Assembly: GCA_945904955.1 (NCBI GenBank)
Contig: CAMDPO010000008.1
Span: forward strand, 3,177 to 67,176
Direction of reading: 5' to 3'
DNA length: 64,000 nucleotides
Origin: Rhizobium sp. Q54
GTDB taxonomy: Bacteria > Pseudomonadota > Alphaproteobacteria > UBA2966 > CAIVPW01
This document shows positions 53,120-63,295 of this stretch, in pieces. Numbering within the stretch: the stretch's first letter is position 1; every line of letters begins with the position of its first letter. The translations under genes were made by a program, and so were the position numbers. The notes under the pieces are model-generated. The model was given only the letters and a program-made list of their open reading frames with translations. It was not told the DNA's origin and did not search any database.

Positions 53120-53965
53120 CTACAGGCGGCCGTCGCGGCGCAGCTGGTCGCGGATGTCGAGAATGCGGCGCTCGCCGGCGCGTAGCGACGCCGGGCTGGT
53201 GTGCACCGAATAGCGGCCGAGCACGAGATCGTGACGATGCGGCGCGGCCGAGCCGAGCACGAACTCCGCATCGGTTTCCGCGACGAACTCGATTGGCGCA
53301 CCGCCCGGCTCGAAGATGGCGAGCTCGCCGGCATCGAGAGATTCGGTCGCGTGCACGCGGCCCGAGGCGAGCGCGACCCAGGCGATCGAGTGATCGGCGG
53401 GCGCCTGGTAGGTCCACGTCTCGCCGGCGCGCAGGTGCACGGCGAGGTAGTTCATCGAGCCGGGTGCGCGCAGCGGACTGGTGGCGCCGTCGTACGTGCC
53501 GACGAGGACGCGGGCGGGACCGGCCTTCGCCACGGATTCGGGCGACTGGTAGATGCTCTCGATTTCGCCGAGTTCCTGGTCGGGCGGCAGCGCGATCCAC
53601 AGCTGGAAGCCACGCGTCGGCTTGGTGCCGGGACCGCCACCGTGCCAGGCGCCGTGGGCGGCCTTGAACCATTCGACGCTGCCGGTCGAGATCGTGCCGG
53701 TGGCGCCGCTGGTGTCCTCGTAGCGCGAGTCGCCTTCGAACAAATACGTCACGGTGGCGATGCCCGAATGCGGGTGCAGGCCGAAGCCACCGAACGCGAC
53801 CTTGGTCGTGTCGAACAGATCGACGAACACGAACGGCTTCAGGATTTCGCCGAGATCGCCGGGGCTGACGAGGCGCGTGATGGCGCCGTGGCTGCTGCCG
53901 CGGGTGCGATGCACGATGCGGCGCACCTCGGACGTGGCGAGCGGTTTGCGGGCGATGGCGTTCAT
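53120..53965 (-). CDS. pirin-family bicupin protein
   Basis: HPHSGIATVTYLFEG...WFKAAHGAWHGG...GFQLWIALP matches Pirin N- and C-terminal domains. Confidence 0.8.
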   Translation of the reverse strand: MNAIARKPLATSEVRRIVHRTRGSSHGAITRLVSPGDLGEILKPFVFVDLFDTTKVAFGGFGLHPHSGIATVTYLFEGDSRYEDTSGATGTISTGSVEWFKAAHGAWHGGGPGTKPTRGFQLWIALPPDQELGEIESIYQSPESVAKAGPARVLVGTYDGATSPLRAPGSMNYLAVHLRAGETWTYQAPADHSIAWVALASGRVHATESLDAGELAIFEPGGAPIEFVAETDAEFVLGSAAPHRHDLVLGRYSVHTSPASLRAGERRILDIRDQLRRDGRL

Positions 53966-53981
53966 GGTGGTCTCTCCTATT

Positions 53982-54604
53982 CTACGCCGCCGCTTGCTGG
54001 CGCGCCGCGCGCAGGGCGTGGCCCCACCAGGTCAGCTCGGCGATGACGTTGGTTGCGGCGTCCTTGACCCAGGGCGTCGCGCTGTAGGTCACGGCGGCGG
54101 CGGCGGCCGTCACCTTCATGGTCGCCATAAAAACGTCGGCCGGCACGTGCACAGCGGTGCGGGTTGGCGCCATCTTCAGCTCGACGGCGACTTGGCGCAG
54201 CTGCTCGACCGCGCGCGCGCCGCCGACACCGCCGTAGGAGACGAACGCGACCGGCTTCTGGTTCCACTCGCGATAGAGCCAATCGAGGGCATTCTTCAGC
54301 ACCGCCGTGTAGCCGTGGTTGTACTCGGGCGCGACCACGACGTAGCCGTCGGCGGAGGCGATCTTGGCGGACCACGCAGCAATGAGCGGATCGCTGGGCG
54401 GGCCGGCCGTCCACGCCGGCGACACCGGCGAGTTGAAAAAGGGCATCGGCCAGTCGCGCAAATCGACCAGTTCGGCGTCGATACCGGGGGCCGCATTGAG
54501 CTGGTCAAGCATCCAGGCGGCCGGCTTCTCGCCATAGCGGCCCTCGCGGGTGCTGCCGAGAATCACGAGAATCTTGAGGGAATTCGGAGTGTTAAGGGCA
54601 TTCA
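53982..54604 (-). CDS. NAD(P)H-dependent FMN reductase-like oxidoreductase
   Basis: The flavodoxin-like N-terminus (LKILVILGSTREGRYGEKPAAWML...VVAPEYNHGYTAVLKNALDWL) matches the FMN_red family. Confidence 0.7.
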
Positions 54605-54692
54605 TAGGGTGGTTCCATCCTGGAGCCTGGTATAAAGTAGTTACCAAGACTATCTATGGAACCATCGACGCCGCGCAAGGAGGCACACCGAA

Positions 54693-55118
54693 GTGACCAA
54701 GCCACTCACCCCGTCGCCTAGGAACATGCAGGAGGGCACCTGCCCCGCCGTGCGCGAGGTGCTGAGCCGCGTCGGCGACAAGTGGAGCGTGCTTCTGATC
54801 GGGCAGCTCGGCGCCGGCCCGAGGCGATTCTCCGATTTGCGGCGCGGCATCGAAGGCATCTCCCAGCGCATGCTGACGCTCACCCTGCGTGGGCTCGAGC
54901 GCGACGGCATGGTGACGCGCACCGTCTATCCGACCCAGCCACCGAGCGTGGAGTACACGCTGACGACGCTCGGCCACACGCTGCTCGAACCCATTCGCGA
55001 GCTGGCGACGTGGGCCGAGGGCAACCGGCTGGCCATCCAGGAAGCGCGCGCGCGCTTCGACGCCGAAGCCGAAGCGCAGGAGCGGCGCGCTCCCGCGACG
55101 CGCGAAGCGACTACTTAG
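54693..55118 (+). CDS. HxlR-family transcriptional regulator
   Basis: [54 protein letters not shown]. It is divergent from the FMN-reductase gene. Confidence 0.8.
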   Translation: MTKPLTPSPRNMQEGTCPAVREVLSRVGDKWSVLLIGQLGAGPRRFSDLRRGIEGISQRMLTLTLRGLERDGMVTRTVYPTQPPSVEYTLTTLGHTLLEPIRELATWAEGNRLAIQEARARFDAEAEAQERRAPATREATT

Positions 55119-55524
55119 GGTCGAAGCCGATCGGTAGCTCGGCGCCCGTCCACAGCGCGTCGGCGAGCAGAGCGTCGGACAGGTTGGCGGCGGTCAGGCG
55201 CGCGCCACCAAAGTTGGCGCCCGACAGATCAGCGCTGCGCAGGTTGGCGCCGTAGAGGTCGGCCTCGCGAAGGTCAGCGCCGGCAAGCTTGGCGTTGATC
55301 AGGCCGGTACGCCACAGGACGGCTTGCACCAGGACAGCGCCGGACAGGTCGGCGCGCGACATCTGCGCATCGTGAAACCAGGTGCCGCTGAGATCGGCAG
55401 CACTAAAGCGGGCGTCGTTGAGGCGGGATTCGCGCAGATCCATGTCGCGCATCTTGGCGCGCGTCGGCATGCCAAAGACGGCGGCGAGCACGCCACCGAC
55501 CGCAGCTAGTGTCAGTCTCTTCAT
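55111..55524 (-). CDS. secreted pentapeptide-repeat protein
   Basis: Signal peptide plus tandem A(D/N)LSG pentapeptide repeats ([32 protein letters not shown]). Confidence 0.7.
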   Translation of the reverse strand: MKRLTLAAVGGVLAAVFGMPTRAKMRDMDLRESRLNDARFSAADLSGTWFHDAQMSRADLSGAVLVQAVLWRTGLINAKLAGADLREADLYGANLRSADLSGANFGGARLTAANLSDALLADALWTGAELPIGFDPK

Positions 55525-55628
55525 CAGTTGGGGCCTCCCTGCCCCGCCCTCTGTGCGACCGAACTCTCTCTGGCCCAGAGGGCACAACGCCCGGGGGCAC
55601 GTCTAGAGCAGCGAGAAGGTTTGCAGCG

Positions 55629-56054
55629 CTACAGAGGCGAGCGCTCGCGCGCCTCGGCGAGCGCCGCGATGCTGCGGAACGTATTGGTATTGGGGCGCTC
55701 ACCCGCCCGCGCCGTGGACTCGGTGACCCACCGATGGGAGCCGCCGGCGCAACCCACGCCGTAGCGCGCATCGGCGTCGGCATCTCCCACGAAGGCGAGG
55801 CGGTATTCGTAGCAACGGATGCCGGGCGCGCGCCGCGCATCCTCGAAATAGCGCAGGGTCTCGACGACGGCGGGCGCGCCGTTCGGCCCGAGGGTGAATT
55901 CCTCGCGCGCCGGCACGCCGGGCGCCGAACGATTGAGCGCAACCGCGAGTGCCGGGAACGTGGTGAAGCGCAGAGACGACCACGCGTCCTCAGGCGTCGC
56001 GCACGACGCGAGCAGGAGGGCGAGCGCGCTAGAGGAAGCTGTACGGATCCACAT
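55629..56054 (-). CDS. hypothetical lipoprotein
   Basis: Lipobox (LLLASC) after MWIRTASSSALA. Its start overlaps the priA 3' end by 26 nt. Confidence 0.35.
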   Translation of the reverse strand: MWIRTASSSALALLLASCATPEDAWSSLRFTTFPALAVALNRSAPGVPAREEFTLGPNGAPAVVETLRYFEDARRAPGIRCYEYRLAFVGDADADARYGVGCAGGSHRWVTESTARAGERPNTNTFRSIAALAEARERSPL

Positions 56055-58236
56055 CGACTTGCAGGCGCACGCCGTTGGGCGCCGGTGCGCGCGCCACCCA
56101 GTCGCGCACCACCGATTGCACGTTGACGGTGCGCTCGGCGCGCAGCAGCAGGCGATAGCGGTGACGGCCACGCAACAGCGCGAGCGGCGCCGGCGCCGGA
56201 CCCAAGACGCGCACGCCGTCGAGATGCGGCGCGGCGCGCGACAAGGCCAGGGCGTGCGCCTCGACACGCGGAGCGTCGTGTCCCGAAACGATCAGCGCGA
56301 CGAGACGGCCGAACGGCGGCCAGCCACCGGCGCGGCGGTCGTCGGATTCGCGGGCGAGGAAGCCGGCGCGGTCGCCGGACAGGAGCGCCTCGATGACGGG
56401 ATGGTCGGGAAGATACGTCTGCAAGTAGACGCGGCCCGGACGCTCGGCGCGGCCGGCGCGGCCGGCCACCTGACTGAGCAATTGGAAGGTGCGTTCGGAC
56501 GCGCGCAGGTCGCCGCCGCCGAGGCCGAGATCGGCGTCGACCACCGCGACCACCGTGAGCAACGGGAAGTGGTGGCCCTTGGCGACGATCTGGGTGCCGA
56601 TGAGGATGTCGACGTGGTGCTCCGCCACGGCGCGCACCATCGCGGCGGCGCCGGCGGGGCCGGTGATGGTGTCGCTGGCCATGACGGCGGCGCGCGCTTC
56701 CGGAAAGAGCTCGCGCACCTCTTCGTGGATGCGCTCGACGCCGGGACCGCAGGGCGCGAGGGAGTCGAGCGCCGCGCAGGCGGGGCACGCCTTCGGCAGC
56801 GGAACGGAGTGGCCGCAGTGGTGGCAGGCGAGACGGCCAACGTAGCGATGCTCGACGAGCCACGCCTGGCAGTTCGGGCACTGCATGCGGTGGCCGCAGG
56901 TGCGGCACAAGGTGAGCGGCGCGTAACCGCGGCGGTTGAGGAACAGCATGGCCTGGCTGCCTTCCCGCAGGGCGCGCGTCACCGCGTCGATGACGACGGG
57001 CGAAAGCCAGCGGCCGCGCGCCGGCGGCGTCGCGCGCATGTCGACGGCGCGGATGGCGGGCAGGTGGGCGCCGCCGTGGCGCTCGGGCAGGTGTATCGCC
57101 GTGTAGCGGCCGGCCTCGACGTTGACCACCGTTTCGAGAGCCGGCGTCGCGGAGACGAGCACGATGGGGAGGCCGGCGATGTGGCCGCGCGCCACCGCCA
57201 TGTCGCGCGCGTTATAGATGACGCCCTCTTCCTGCTTGTAGGAAGCGTCGTGCTCCTCGTCGATGACGATGAGGCCGAGATTCGCGTACGGAAGAAAGAG
57301 CGCGGAGCGCGCGCCGACGACCACCTGGGCGCGGCCCTCGGCGACGGCGCGCCAGGTGTTGCGCCGCGTCGCCATCGACAGCTCGGAGTGCCACTCGTTT
57401 GGCGCGGCGCCGAATCGGATGTGGAAGCGCTCGAGCCACTGGGCGGTGAGGGAAATCTCTGGCACCAGCACGAGGACCTGCTGTCCTTGCTCGAGAGCCT
57501 CGGCGACGGCATCGAGGTACACCTCGGTCTTGCCCGAGCCAGTGACGCCGTCGAGCACCGTGACGGAGAAGGTGCGCGCTCGCACGCGCGCACGCAGCTC
57601 ATGCGCAGCGACCTCCTGCGCGGGCGATAGCGTGACCGCGGCCGTGGCGCGCAGCGGCGCCTGCGCGATCGTCGCGAGCATGGCCGGACGCAGCAGGCCC
57701 GCGTCGGCCATGCTGCGGACCACACCGGTGCTGACCTCGGCCTCGCGCGCAATGTCGGCGGCAGCGCGCACAGCGCCGTCGGCGAGCAGCGCGGCGACGC
57801 GCTGGCGCGCGTCGGTCATGCGGCCGGAGCCTGCGTGCGACAATACGTAGCCGGTGCGCGCCGGGGGCGGATCGAGCGCCGCAGGAACGCTCAGCGCCAA
57901 GCGCAAGACGGCGCCCAGCGGAGCGAGCGTATAGTTGGCAACCCAAGAGAGAAATGACCGCGTCGTCTCGGACCACGGCGGCAGATCGATGCGCTCGGCA
58001 ACTGTGCGCAGCTTGTCGGCGGCGACGTCGCCGACGCCTTCGCTCCACACGATGCCGCTGACGCGCCGAGGACCGAGCGGCACGTGCACGTAGTCACCGG
58101 GTGCGAGCGCAAGCCCGTCCGGCACGACGTAATCGTACACGTTCGCGAACGGCAGCGGCAACAACACGCCGACGCGCGCGCCCGGATGAAAAACCGGAGC
58201 AGTGCGCGCCGCTACGCTGGCGGGCATGGGATGCAT
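56029..58236 (-). CDS. priA: primosomal protein N' (replication restart helicase)
   Basis: DEAH helicase motifs (GVTGSGKTEVY, DEEHD) and Cys-rich zinc-binding regions (CRTCGHRMQCPNCQ...CHHCGH). Confidence 0.9.
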   Translation of the reverse strand: MHPMPASVAARTAPVFHPGARVGVLLPLPFANVYDYVVPDGLALAPGDYVHVPLGPRRVSGIVWSEGVGDVAADKLRTVAERIDLPPWSETTRSFLSWVANYTLAPLGAVLRLALSVPAALDPPPARTGYVLSHAGSGRMTDARQRVAALLADGAVRAAADIAREAEVSTGVVRSMADAGLLRPAMLATIAQAPLRATAAVTLSPAQEVAAHELRARVRARTFSVTVLDGVTGSGKTEVYLDAVAEALEQGQQVLVLVPEISLTAQWLERFHIRFGAAPNEWHSELSMATRRNTWRAVAEGRAQVVVGARSALFLPYANLGLIVIDEEHDASYKQEEGVIYNARDMAVARGHIAGLPIVLVSATPALETVVNVEAGRYTAIHLPERHGGAHLPAIRAVDMRATPPARGRWLSPVVIDAVTRALREGSQAMLFLNRRGYAPLTLCRTCGHRMQCPNCQAWLVEHRYVGRLACHHCGHSVPLPKACPACAALDSLAPCGPGVERIHEEVRELFPEARAAVMASDTITGPAGAAAMVRAVAEHHVDILIGTQIVAKGHHFPLLTVVAVVDADLGLGGGDLRASERTFQLLSQVAGRAGRAERPGRVYLQTYLPDHPVIEALLSGDRAGFLARESDDRRAGGWPPFGRLVALIVSGHDAPRVEAHALALSRAAPHLDGVRVLGPAPAPLALLRGRHRYRLLLRAERTVNVQSVVRDWVARAPAPNGVRLQVDVDPYSFL

Positions 58237-58993
58237 CGCCTACACTGTGCCGGTGAGCACCAAGCTCGACAATGCGTTTCACACCACGGGCACGGATAGC
58301 GGCGCGCGCGAGGGCAGCCCGAGCGCGGCCGACGTCGCCACATACCTGGCGCGACACCCGAACTTCCTCAACGAGCGACCGGAGCTATTGGAGGCGCTGA
58401 CGCCGCCCGCCGAACGCAACGGCCGGCGCGTGCTCGACATGCAGCGCTACATCCTCGCACGCCTGCAGGGCACGCTGCGCGATGTGCGTGCGCGGGAGGC
58501 CGAGCTGCTCGCATCGGTGCGCGCCAACCGCACCAGCGCGGCACGCACCCACGCGGCGGTGCTGGCGCTGTGCGAGTCGGGCGCGCTCGACAACCTGGTG
58601 GAGATCATCAGCAACGACCTGCCCACCCTGCTCGAGGTCGACGTCGTCGTCATCGGCGTCGAGGCGGAGCCGGAACAGATGGGACTGCACTCGACGGCGG
58701 GCGTATGCCTGTTGCCGCAAGGCTCGGTCGAGGCGCTGATGGGCACCTCGCGCGACGTGCTGCTCACGCTCTCGCTCGGTCCGGAGGGGCAACTATTCGG
58801 CGGCGCCGCGGCGCTGGTGAAGTCGGCAGCGTTCGCGCGCCTGCGGCTGGGACCGCCAGGCCGACCCGCCATGCTGGCGCTGGGCAGTCGCGACGTGCAG
58901 CGTTTCGCGCCCGGCCAGGCGACCGACATGCTGGCGTTTTTGGCCGAGGGTCTGGGCCGGCGCATGCGGGAATGGCTGGACTACGCCCTGTAG
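58226..58993 (+). CDS. DUF484-family protein (conserved partner of xerC)
   Basis: [19 protein letters not shown] is the DUF484 N-terminal signature. The start is uncertain: 58202, 58226, or later. Confidence 0.6.
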   Translation: MGCIAYTVPVSTKLDNAFHTTGTDSGAREGSPSAADVATYLARHPNFLNERPELLEALTPPAERNGRRVLDMQRYILARLQGTLRDVRAREAELLASVRANRTSAARTHAAVLALCESGALDNLVEIISNDLPTLLEVDVVVIGVEAEPEQMGLHSTAGVCLLPQGSVEALMGTSRDVLLTLSLGPEGQLFGGAAALVKSAAFARLRLGPPGRPAMLALGSRDVQRFAPGQATDMLAFLAEGLGRRMREWLDYAL

Positions 58994-59934
58994 AGCCGCT
59001 CCGCGCCGAGGCGAGCGTTCGCGCCGCCGTCACCGATTGGGCCACGTGGCTCACCTCCGAGCGCCGCGCGGCCGGCAACACCCTCGCCGCCTATCAGCGC
59101 GACATCGCGGCGTTCTTCGCCTTCCTCGCCGAGCATCTGGGCCAGGCGCCGACGCTCGATGACCTCGGGCGCCTGCGCGCCGCCGACCTGCGCGCCTACA
59201 TGGCCAATCGCCGCGCCAACGGATTGCGGAGCACGTCAGTGGCGCGCGGGCTTTCCACGGTGCGCGGGTTCTTCCGCTTCCTCGAGCGCCGCGGCCTAGT
59301 CAGCAACGCTGCCATCGCCGGCGTGCGCTCCCCCAAGCTGCCGCGTGCGGTGCCCAAACCGCTCACCGTCGATGCCGCACGCGGCGTGCTGGAGTCGGCT
59401 GCCGCCTCGCCGTCGGGCGAGGCGTGGGTGGGATTGCGCGACGTCGCGCTGCTGACACTCCTCTACGGTTGCGGATTGCGTATCGGGGAGGCGCTCGGAC
59501 TCAAGCGCGCGGCTGCGCCGCTGGGCACGAGCCTGATCGTCACCGGCAAGGGCAACAAGCAGCGCATGGTGCCGATCCTGCCGGCGGTGCGGAACGCGGT
59601 AGCGGCGTATGTCGCGGCGTGTCCGTTGGCGCTCGCCGCCGATGGTCCGCTCTTCGTCGGCGAACGGGGCGCCGCGCTCCAACCGGCGGTCATGCAACGG
59701 CGGATGCGCGCGATCCGCGCCGCCCTCGACTTGCCCGACACCGCGACGCCGCACGCATTGCGCCACAGCTTCGCAACGCACCTGCTCGGCGCCGGCGGCG
59801 ACTTGCGCACGATCCAAGAGCTGCTCGGGCACGCGTCGCTCTCGACGACCCAGCGCTACACCGACGTCGATGCCGAGCGGCTGCGCGAGGTCTACGACAA
59901 GGCGCACCCGCGCGCGCGTACGCGCGCCACCTAA
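58972..59934 (+). CDS. xerC: site-specific tyrosine recombinase XerC
   Basis: Phage-integrase N-terminal SAM-like domain and a catalytic C-terminal domain (RHSFATHLL...[14 protein letters not shown]). The start overlaps the DUF484 3' end. Confidence 0.85.
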   Translation: MAGLRPVEPLRAEASVRAAVTDWATWLTSERRAAGNTLAAYQRDIAAFFAFLAEHLGQAPTLDDLGRLRAADLRAYMANRRANGLRSTSVARGLSTVRGFFRFLERRGLVSNAAIAGVRSPKLPRAVPKPLTVDAARGVLESAAASPSGEAWVGLRDVALLTLLYGCGLRIGEALGLKRAAAPLGTSLIVTGKGNKQRMVPILPAVRNAVAAYVAACPLALAADGPLFVGERGAALQPAVMQRRMRAIRAALDLPDTATPHALRHSFATHLLGAGGDLRTIQELLGHASLSTTQRYTDVDAERLREVYDKAHPRARTRAT

Positions 59935-59960
59935 ATTCAAACGGCCGCACGTAAGGCGGT

Positions 59961-60812
59961 CTATGCGACCTGCAGCGCGGCGAGGGCCTCGCGCGATCGC
60001 TCGACGGCAGCACGGCCGGCGGCAATCGCGGCGCGGGCACGGTCGAACTGGAACGGCCCGACGTTGCCGAGATTCGGCACCAGCACCACATCGGCCGGCT
60101 CGTGGACAAGGCGCGCCTTGGTGATCTGCACCTGCATGATGGTGACGGCCTTCGCCATGGTGACGAAAGAGGCCGGGCCCCGCGAGCGCGCCAGCAACAG
60201 GCGGCCCATCACCGAATGCCACGGCGTCGGTGGGCCCGGCGCGGCCTCGGTCGGCCATAGGCGCGAGCTGTTGATATCGATTGCGATGACGACGTCGGCG
60301 CCGAGCGCGCGGCACGTGGAAACCGGCACCGGATTGACGAGGCCGCCATCGAGCAGCCACTGGCCGTCGACCTGCACCGGCTTGAAGATGCCGGGCAAGC
60401 CGATGGACGCGCGCACGGCGCGCTGGATGGGCCCGCTGCGCAGCCAGACTTCCGCACCGGATTCGATATCGGCGGCTACCGCGGCGAAAGGCATCGGGCT
60501 GCGCTCGATGTCGCAGGCGATGCCGCGATCGGCGAGCAGCGTCTCGATGCGGGCGCCGTCGATGAGACCGCCGCGCGTGAGGCGCAGGTCGAGCAGCGTC
60601 GCCACGTTGCGCCAGGTTACCGCCTCGGCCCACACGCGCAACTCACGCAGACGATCGGTGACATAGGCCGCGCCGACCAGGGCGCCGATCGACGTGCCGG
60701 CGACGACATCCGGCGCGAGGCCGAGGTCGGCCAGCGCCTCGAGCACGCCGATGTGGGCCCACCCGCGCGCCGAGCCACCGCCCAGCGCCACGCCAATGCG
60801 CGGGCGAGTCAT
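59961..60812 (-). CDS. patatin-like phospholipase
   Basis: GGGSARG oxyanion motif and GTSIG nucleophile elbow, with a DGG motif later. Confidence 0.8.
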   Translation of the reverse strand: MTRPRIGVALGGGSARGWAHIGVLEALADLGLAPDVVAGTSIGALVGAAYVTDRLRELRVWAEAVTWRNVATLLDLRLTRGGLIDGARIETLLADRGIACDIERSPMPFAAVAADIESGAEVWLRSGPIQRAVRASIGLPGIFKPVQVDGQWLLDGGLVNPVPVSTCRALGADVVIAIDINSSRLWPTEAAPGPPTPWHSVMGRLLLARSRGPASFVTMAKAVTIMQVQITKARLVHEPADVVLVPNLGNVGPFQFDRARAAIAAGRAAVERSREALAALQVA

Positions 60813-60821
60813 GGTGCGACC

Positions 60822-62231
60822 TTAAAGATGGATGACGCGGCCAGCGGCATCGAGGGCCGCCTCCTTCATCGCCTCGGCGAGGGTCGGGTGCGCGTGGCAG
60901 GTGCGCGCGATGTCCTCGGCCGAGCCACCGAACTCCATCGCCAGCACCGCCTCGTGGATGAGGGTGCCGGCTTCGGCGCCGATGATGTGCACGCCGAGGA
61001 CGCGGTCGGTGCGCTTGTCGGCGAGAATCTTCACAAAGCCCTCGGTGTAGCCGTTGGCGCGCGCGCGTGGCGTGGCGGTGAACGGGAACTTGCCGACCGA
61101 GTACTCGATGCCCTCGTCCTTGAGGGACTGCTCGGTGCGGCCAACCGCGGCGATCTCCGGCCACGTGTACACGACGCCCGGGACGGTGTTGTAGTCGACG
61201 TGGCCCACCCGCCCGGCGATCGTCTCGACGCAGGCGACGCCGTCCTCGGACGCCTTGTGGGCGAGCATCGGGCCGGCGACGCAGTCGCCGATGGCGTAGA
61301 TGCCCTGGACGTTGGTGGCGAAGGCGTTGTTCACCACGATGAAGCCCTTGGCGTCGCGCTCGACGCCGAGCGCCTCCAGGCCGAGGTCGGCGGTGTTGGG
61401 CTTGCGGCCCACGGCCACCAGAACGACATCAGCAGTCACCGTCTCGGCGGCGCCGCCGGCGGCGGGCTCCAAGGATAGCGTCACGTCGGTCTTGCCGGCT
61501 TTGGCGCTGGTGACCTTGGTGGACAGGCGGAAGCTGAGGCCCTGGCGCACGAACAAGCGCTGGGCAAGGGTCGCCACCTCGGTGTCGACGCCAGGCAGAA
61601 TGCGACCCTGGAACTCGACCACCGTCACCTCGGCGCCGAGGCGCGCCCACACCGAGCCGAGCTCGAGCCCGATGTAGCCGGCGCCGATCACCACGAGGCG
61701 CTTGGGCACCGAGGCGAGCGTCAGCGCGCCGGTCGAGGAGACGATGCGCTGCTCGTCGAAGTCGATGCCGGGCAGGCCCGCCGGCGTCGAGCCGGTGGCG
61801 ATGAGGATGCGGGTTGCGGCCACCGTCTGCTTCGCGCCAGCCGTGTCGGTGACCTCGACGCTGCCGGCTGCTGCGATGCGCGCCGTGCCGCGGATATGGG
61901 CGATCTTGTGCTTCTTGAACAGGAACGCGACGCCCTTGGTGTTCGCGTCCACGACCTTGTCCTTGCGCGCCATCATGGCGGCGAGGTCAAAGGTCACGCC
62001 CTGGGCGGTGATGCCATGCGCCGCCAGGCCGTGCCTCGTCTCGGCATACAAGTGCGAGGACTGCAGGAGCGCCTTGGACGGGATGCAGCCGATGTTGAGG
62101 CAGGTGCCGCCGAGCCGCTCGCGCGAGTCCACCACCCCAACGGTCATTCCGAGCTGGGCGGCGCGGATCGCTGCGACGTAGCCGCCGGGGCCGGCGCCGA
62201 TTACGACGAGGTCATAGGTTGGGTCGGCCAT
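60822..62231 (-). CDS. lpdA: dihydrolipoyl dehydrogenase (E3)
   Basis: FAD motif (VVIGAGPGGY), redox disulfide (GGTCLNIGCIPSK) and a C-terminal HAHPT motif. Confidence 0.9.
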   Translation of the reverse strand: MADPTYDLVVIGAGPGGYVAAIRAAQLGMTVGVVDSRERLGGTCLNIGCIPSKALLQSSHLYAETRHGLAAHGITAQGVTFDLAAMMARKDKVVDANTKGVAFLFKKHKIAHIRGTARIAAAGSVEVTDTAGAKQTVAATRILIATGSTPAGLPGIDFDEQRIVSSTGALTLASVPKRLVVIGAGYIGLELGSVWARLGAEVTVVEFQGRILPGVDTEVATLAQRLFVRQGLSFRLSTKVTSAKAGKTDVTLSLEPAAGGAAETVTADVVLVAVGRKPNTADLGLEALGVERDAKGFIVVNNAFATNVQGIYAIGDCVAGPMLAHKASEDGVACVETIAGRVGHVDYNTVPGVVYTWPEIAAVGRTEQSLKDEGIEYSVGKFPFTATPRARANGYTEGFVKILADKRTDRVLGVHIIGAEAGTLIHEAVLAMEFGGSAEDIARTCHAHPTLAEAMKEAALDAAGRVIHL

Positions 62232-62315
62232 TGGCTCTCCTGCTGGGCGCCGTTTAGAAGGCGCGGATCATAGCATTGCCAACACCTTAGCCCGCGCCGG
62301 GGCCGCCATCCAACA

Positions 62316-62382
62316 TTTTTGATCAATGATCAAAAAAGCACTTGCGCCAGTCCACCGCTTCGGCATTCTGATCATAGATCAA
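62316..62382. promoter_or_regulatory. AT-rich region with TGATCA palindromes (candidate operator/promoter)
   Basis: The perfect palindrome TTTTTGATCAATGATCAAAAA (62316-62336) plus TGATCATAGATCAA (62369-62382), in a local GC dip upstream of the + ORF at 62429. Confidence 0.3.
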
Positions 62383-62428
62383 TTAAGGCGCGGTTGCGCC
62401 GCAGGTGGGGAGAACGACGATGCGCGGA

Positions 62429-62824
62429 ATGCAGATGATGCTGTGGGTGGTAGCAGCGCTGGTGGTGTCGATGATGCTGGTCAACGGGTTCGGCGCCTTC
62501 CATGCGGCGCGCTCGCCGATTGGCGGCGTTGGCCCGGGCGAAAACCCACCCGGACGTCTCACGCTGTTGCAGGGAGAAACCGTCGTCGCCACCTGGCAGG
62601 TGGAAGGCCGCTACCACGCGGTGGCGTTCAGCCCGGACGGACGCTCGATGGCGGTAAGCCGCAGCCGCTATCCGGCATCGTACGAGTTGATCGCGGCGGC
62701 CGGCAGGATCTCCGAGCCGCTCGGGTGGGCCTTGCTGATCGCAGGAATACCGTTCGCGACGACGCTGCTGGCGACAGGCGAGGACATCGTGCTGATCGAC
62801 CTGCCGGCGGACGATCCCCGCTGA
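62429..62824 (+). CDS. hypothetical membrane protein
   Basis: N-terminal TM helix (MQMMLWVVAALVVSMMLV) and a second C-terminal helix. It is followed by a strong terminator. An alternative start lies at 62405. Confidence 0.35.
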   Translation: MQMMLWVVAALVVSMMLVNGFGAFHAARSPIGGVGPGENPPGRLTLLQGETVVATWQVEGRYHAVAFSPDGRSMAVSRSRYPASYELIAAAGRISEPLGWALLIAGIPFATTLLATGEDIVLIDLPADDPR

Positions 62825-62834
62825 CAGGGTCGCC

Positions 62835-62877
62835 AAAAAAGCAGCAGGCGCGCTCCGAAAAGCGCGCCTGCTTGTCT
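62835..62877. terminator. bidirectional rho-independent terminator
   Basis: The hairpin caggcgcgct-ccgaaa-agcgcgcctg has AAAAAA on one side and TTGTCT on the other. On the minus strand it reads hairpin plus UUUUUU. Confidence 0.55.
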
Positions 62878-62894
62878 ACGCGTGTACGCAGAGA

Positions 62895-63212
62895 CTACTT
62901 CACGATCTTGCTGGCGGTGTTGACCGCCGTGGTGCCGGTGCCGCTCGTCGTATAGGTGACGGTGATCGTCATGCCGGGCGACAGGCCAACCATCATGTCG
63001 GTGGTGTTGCCGGTCGCCGCCGGGACGGTGATGGTGAGCAGCGCCGGTTCGACGCCGGCCGGCGCGTTGACCTGGCCCGCGTTGTTGGTCTGGATCACGA
63101 TCGTGCGCTGGTTGATCGACTTGATGAAGCCCTTCGCCTCGGCGGCCAGTGCCTGGCCGGCGAAGCTAAGTGCGGAAATCGCGACAACGGCCGCAATCAG
63201 AAACTTCTTCAT
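62895..63212 (-). CDS. small secreted protein (between sucB and lpdA)
   Basis: MKKFLIAAVVAISALSFAGQALA signal peptide on a ~80 aa Thr/Gly-rich beta body. Confidence 0.45.
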   Translation of the reverse strand: MKKFLIAAVVAISALSFAGQALAAEAKGFIKSINQRTIVIQTNNAGQVNAPAGVEPALLTITVPAATGNTTDMMVGLSPGMTITVTYTTSGTGTTAVNTASKIVK

Positions 63213-63295
63213 TTCGTCCTCCCCATGGGTGGAAACGGTGCCGCGCAAGGATGCCCTGCGCGCAATTGACGCACAAGGTCCGTGAAACCAGTCAC

